From IMG/VR virus record IMGVR_UViG_3300037484_001955, positions 1 through 29,261 of that record: a stretch of 29,261 bases of DNA, one strand, 5' to 3'. The stretch's first letter is position 1; each line of letters begins with the position of its first letter. Both the position numbers and the translations under genes were made by a program. The notes under the pieces were generated by a model that had not been told where the DNA came from, made no database searches, and saw only the letters and a program-made list of their open reading frames with translations. Positions 27,027-29,261 of this stretch are shown here, one piece after another. This stretch comes from a virus (lineage: Duplodnaviria; Caudoviricetes).

Positions 27027-27785
27027 ATGACATTAAAAGCACCGCTAAAAACAATTTGGATAACCCAGCCGTTCGGGGTTGACTGGACACTCGGTCTTTT
27101 GCCGATAGGAAAAAATCCCGACGGAAGCACTAAATACGGTAATTATTCTTCTTTTGGAATGAAAGGACACAATGGAATTGATTTTAAGGCGCCGCAAGGG
27201 ACAGAAGTTTTGGCCACACACGACGGGTTTGTTTTAATTGATGAAGTCCGCGGCGGATATGGCAACGCAATTATGCTACGAAGCGAAAAGGATGGTAAAG
27301 ATACTCTCTACGGTCATCTCTCGGAAAGCAGGGTTTTAGTTGATCAAAAAGTAAGAGCCGGAGACGTCATCGCTCTTTCCGGCGGAACTCCCGGAACTCC
27401 CGGGGCTGGTTCGTCCACCGGTCCGCACTTTCACTTTGGATTACGGCCGATCAAGTATAACGGTGACAACGGATATTTTGGTTGGGAAAATCCTTTGCCG
27501 TATTTTGAGAAGGGATGGGATAATCTGCCGGTTGATAATTTTTACGGAAAAAAGAGAAATTGGAGTTTAGAGTATAGCCAAAGATTTTTTGATTTAGCAC
27601 TCCAACATTGGATGATAAAAAAATACCGGCGTATTCCGCCGCTACTTTCAGGAAAGGAAACTAACGCCCTTGTTTATGGGGGCTGGTTGCCGGACGAAGT
27701 TTTGAATGACGCTTTTAAGGGATTGTGGTATTTTCTAACAAAAGAAGAATTTAAGGCCGGTAAGAAGCCACCGATAACGATTTAG
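27027..27785 (+). CDS. M23 family metallopeptidase (endolysin) with an unrecognised C-terminal domain
   Basis: HNGIDF (HxxxD), GYGN, YGHLS, STGPHFHF (HxH). Confidence 0.9.
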   Translation: MTLKAPLKTIWITQPFGVDWTLGLLPIGKNPDGSTKYGNYSSFGMKGHNGIDFKAPQGTEVLATHDGFVLIDEVRGGYGNAIMLRSEKDGKDTLYGHLSESRVLVDQKVRAGDVIALSGGTPGTPGAGSSTGPHFHFGLRPIKYNGDNGYFGWENPLPYFEKGWDNLPVDNFYGKKRNWSLEYSQRFFDLALQHWMIKKYRRIPPLLSGKETNALVYGGWLPDEVLNDAFKGLWYFLTKEEFKAGKKPPITI

Positions 27786-27973
27786 ATTTCACAGCAACGA
27801 GTTGCGCCGCTCCACTCCGGGCCGTTAAATTTAGGGTTAGAGTAATACATCAATCCAAAGAAAAATAGACAAACAATAATCCAAATTATTTTTGTTCTTC
27901 TATCCCAATTTTTCTCTAAAAGAGGTCCAAAGGTAATTATTGCTATTAGAATTAATGATACAATTTTCAGCAT
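27782..27973 (-). CDS. Small two-TM membrane protein (start reassigned to ATG 27973)
   Basis: MLKIVSLILIAIITF...IIWIIVCLFFFGLMYY; this start removes the overlap with the upstream gene. Confidence 0.7.
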   Translation of the reverse strand: MLKIVSLILIAIITFGPLLEKNWDRRTKIIWIIVCLFFFGLMYYSNPKFNGPEWSGATRCCEI

Positions 27974-27975
27974 AA

Positions 27976-28209
27976 TTAAAATAGTTTTGTAATGCCAAAA
28001 TAGTCGTGTGTCATTGCCCAGATTGCTAAAAAAATCCACAGAGACCATGAAAGAGCGGACAATTCGTCCTCTTTTTCTATTTTAGAGATAATTTTAAAAA
28101 GAATAAAAACTGCCACGGCCGATCCGACTACTCCGCCAAGGCCGGAATAGTAAAAAACTAAAACCAAGTTAATAATAATCAAACTGGCGACAAGAATTTT
28201 TTTAATCAT
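27976..28209 (-). CDS. Small three-TM membrane protein
   Basis: 77 aa, three hydrophobic segments. Confidence 0.75.
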   Translation of the reverse strand: MIKKILVASLIIINLVLVFYYSGLGGVVGSAVAVFILFKIISKIEKEDELSALSWSLWIFLAIWAMTHDYFGITKLF

Positions 28210-28303
28210 AAAAAATTGCTTTTATAATCACGATCACTCCTGTTAATAAAATAAGCCAACTCAAAATCTCTAAAAAGTTTTTCGCTTTGTTTGAAACAAA
28301 CAT
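28202..28303 (-). CDS. 33-aa single-TM microprotein (not in ORF track)
   Basis: MFVSNKAKNFLEILSWLILLTGVIVIIKAIFYD; stop overlaps the next ATG; promoter-like sequence directly upstream. Confidence 0.6.
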   Translation of the reverse strand: MFVSNKAKNFLEILSWLILLTGVIVIIKAIFYD

Positions 28304-28309
28304 AATTTA

Positions 28310-28337
28310 ATTATAAACCGCCTTAAAAGCCAGTCAA
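28310..28337 (-). promoter_or_regulatory. Sigma70-like promoter, leaderless geometry
   Basis: TTGACT-N16-TATAAT, then 6 nt, then ATG 28303; the -35 lies within the last codons of the integrase. Confidence 0.6.
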
Positions 28338-29261
28338 GGGCAACCCCGACTGATATTTGGCCACCGAGTAAATTTTCCTATACTCCCGCTCGATGTCTTT
28401 GTTCTCTAAATGGGTGTAAATTTGTGTTGAGCGGATCGTCGCGTGACCCATCATCTCTTTTAAATACATTATGTTGATATTGTTTTTCACTCCGAGAGTA
28501 GCAAAGCCGTGCCGGCAAGAGTGGGGGGTTATTCTTTTGTCTATGCCGCACTTCGCGCGCACTCGACGAAAGACGCGCTGGACGACGCACCGACCTATCC
28601 GCTCGCCGTATTTATTTGTGTCCAGAGCGATAAAAAGGGCTGTGGCATCGATTTTTTCTCTATCAAGCAGTCTTTCCCTAACTTCGAGCCATTTCGCGAG
28701 CAGGACGTTAGTTTCGTCGTCCCAGAATATCTGCCGTTTGTGATTTTTTCTTTTAAAAGTTTTTATCTCGGTGCGCCTATTTTCAATGTCAATGCCGGAA
28801 ACATCTAAACTTAACATCTCGCCAAGGCGCATGCCGGTAGCAAAAAGTAGGGAGATGATTGTTTTGTCGCGCAGGTCTTTTGGAAAAAACTCGTCAAAAT
28901 AGGCCATTATCTTTTTAAATTCGTCAGGGGTCAAACACTCGTGCGATTTTACATCATCTCTGTTTGGCACGGGGATCAACGCCTCGCTAAATTTTACGCG
29001 CTGTTGCTGGTGTAGCCACCGCCAGAGCGAGCGGACGGCCGTGATATAGATAGAGCGAGTGCCGCCGCGCAGGCCTCTATTTTCAAGCGACAGCAAGTAA
29101 TTTGAAAAGTCGGGAATAGTAAGGGCGGTAATTTCTTTTCTGCTTTTATCAAGCCAATTTTCAAATTGATGTAGCCCCCAGAAATAAGATGACACTGTTT
29201 CTTTGGAATGCCCGGCACGGAGCCAAACTAAAAATTGATTTATAATTTCTTGGTTTGCCAT
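28323..29261 (-). CDS. int: Tyrosine recombinase/integrase (XerC/D-like)
   Basis: TGMRLGEML (R), HSCRH (HxxR), GHATIRSTQIY (H, Y); N-terminal SAM-like domain. Confidence 0.93.
   Translation of the reverse strand: MANQEIINQFLVWLRAGHSKETVSSYFWGLHQFENWLDKSRKEITALTIPDFSNYLLSLENRGLRGGTRSIYITAVRSLWRWLHQQQRVKFSEALIPVPNRDDVKSHECLTPDEFKKIMAYFDEFFPKDLRDKTIISLLFATGMRLGEMLSLDVSGIDIENRRTEIKTFKRKNHKRQIFWDDETNVLLAKWLEVRERLLDREKIDATALFIALDTNKYGERIGRCVVQRVFRRVRAKCGIDKRITPHSCRHGFATLGVKNNINIMYLKEMMGHATIRSTQIYTHLENKDIEREYRKIYSVAKYQSGLPLTGF

Larger units (their letters stand above)
1..29261. mobile_element. Temperate tailed phage/prophage (podovirus-like; packaging, head, tail, ejection, lysis and integrase modules); ends not visible
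   Basis: Gene order terminase-portal-scaffold-capsid-tail-internal virion-holin-endolysin-integrase. No tape-measure or sheath gene recognised. No att site or host gene identified. Confidence 0.95.

Noticed and set aside
28323-28360. attP/attL core at the integrase 3' end
   Set aside because: Only a short imperfect inverted repeat; no second copy or tRNA 3' fragment is visible in the window.
675-29218. Many short overlapping or antisense ORFs in the track (e.g. 4905-5270, 11151-11573, 17556-17984, 23020-23451)
   Set aside because: Shadow frames of long genes with recognisable motifs; no independent support.
1-29261. Alternative genetic code (stop-codon reassignment)
   Set aside because: Core genes are full length and densely packed under the standard code.

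Overview
A near-complete late (virion + lysis) region and integrase of a temperate, podovirus-like tailed phage or prophage. On the + strand: the C-terminus of a peptide deformylase, a Zn-ribbon ORF, large terminase, portal, scaffold, N4-gp56-type major capsid, head/tail proteins, a GT2-like glycosyltransferase, a 1433-aa repeat fibre with an inserted beta-propeller, tail nozzle and spike, two large internal-virion proteins, a holin-like protein and an M23 endolysin. On the - strand: two small membrane/lipoprotein cassettes with their own promoter-like sequences and a tyrosine integrase. AT-rich leaders mostly lacking Shine-Dalgarno sequences, an LLIGAGC lipobox and no recognisable spanins suggest a Patescibacteria (CPR) host; this is inference. 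The most unusual signals are non-coding: two tRNA-shaped non-canonical elements (before the portal and before the endolysin), a ~180-nt three-way-junction RNA before the scaffold gene, and a covarying AATCGCC-loop hairpin abutting two start codons. Three short ORFs missed by the ORF track were found, including two Cys-rich ORFs bracketed by an inverted repeat inside the lysis module. All folds and family calls were made by eye; no searches or folding programs were run.
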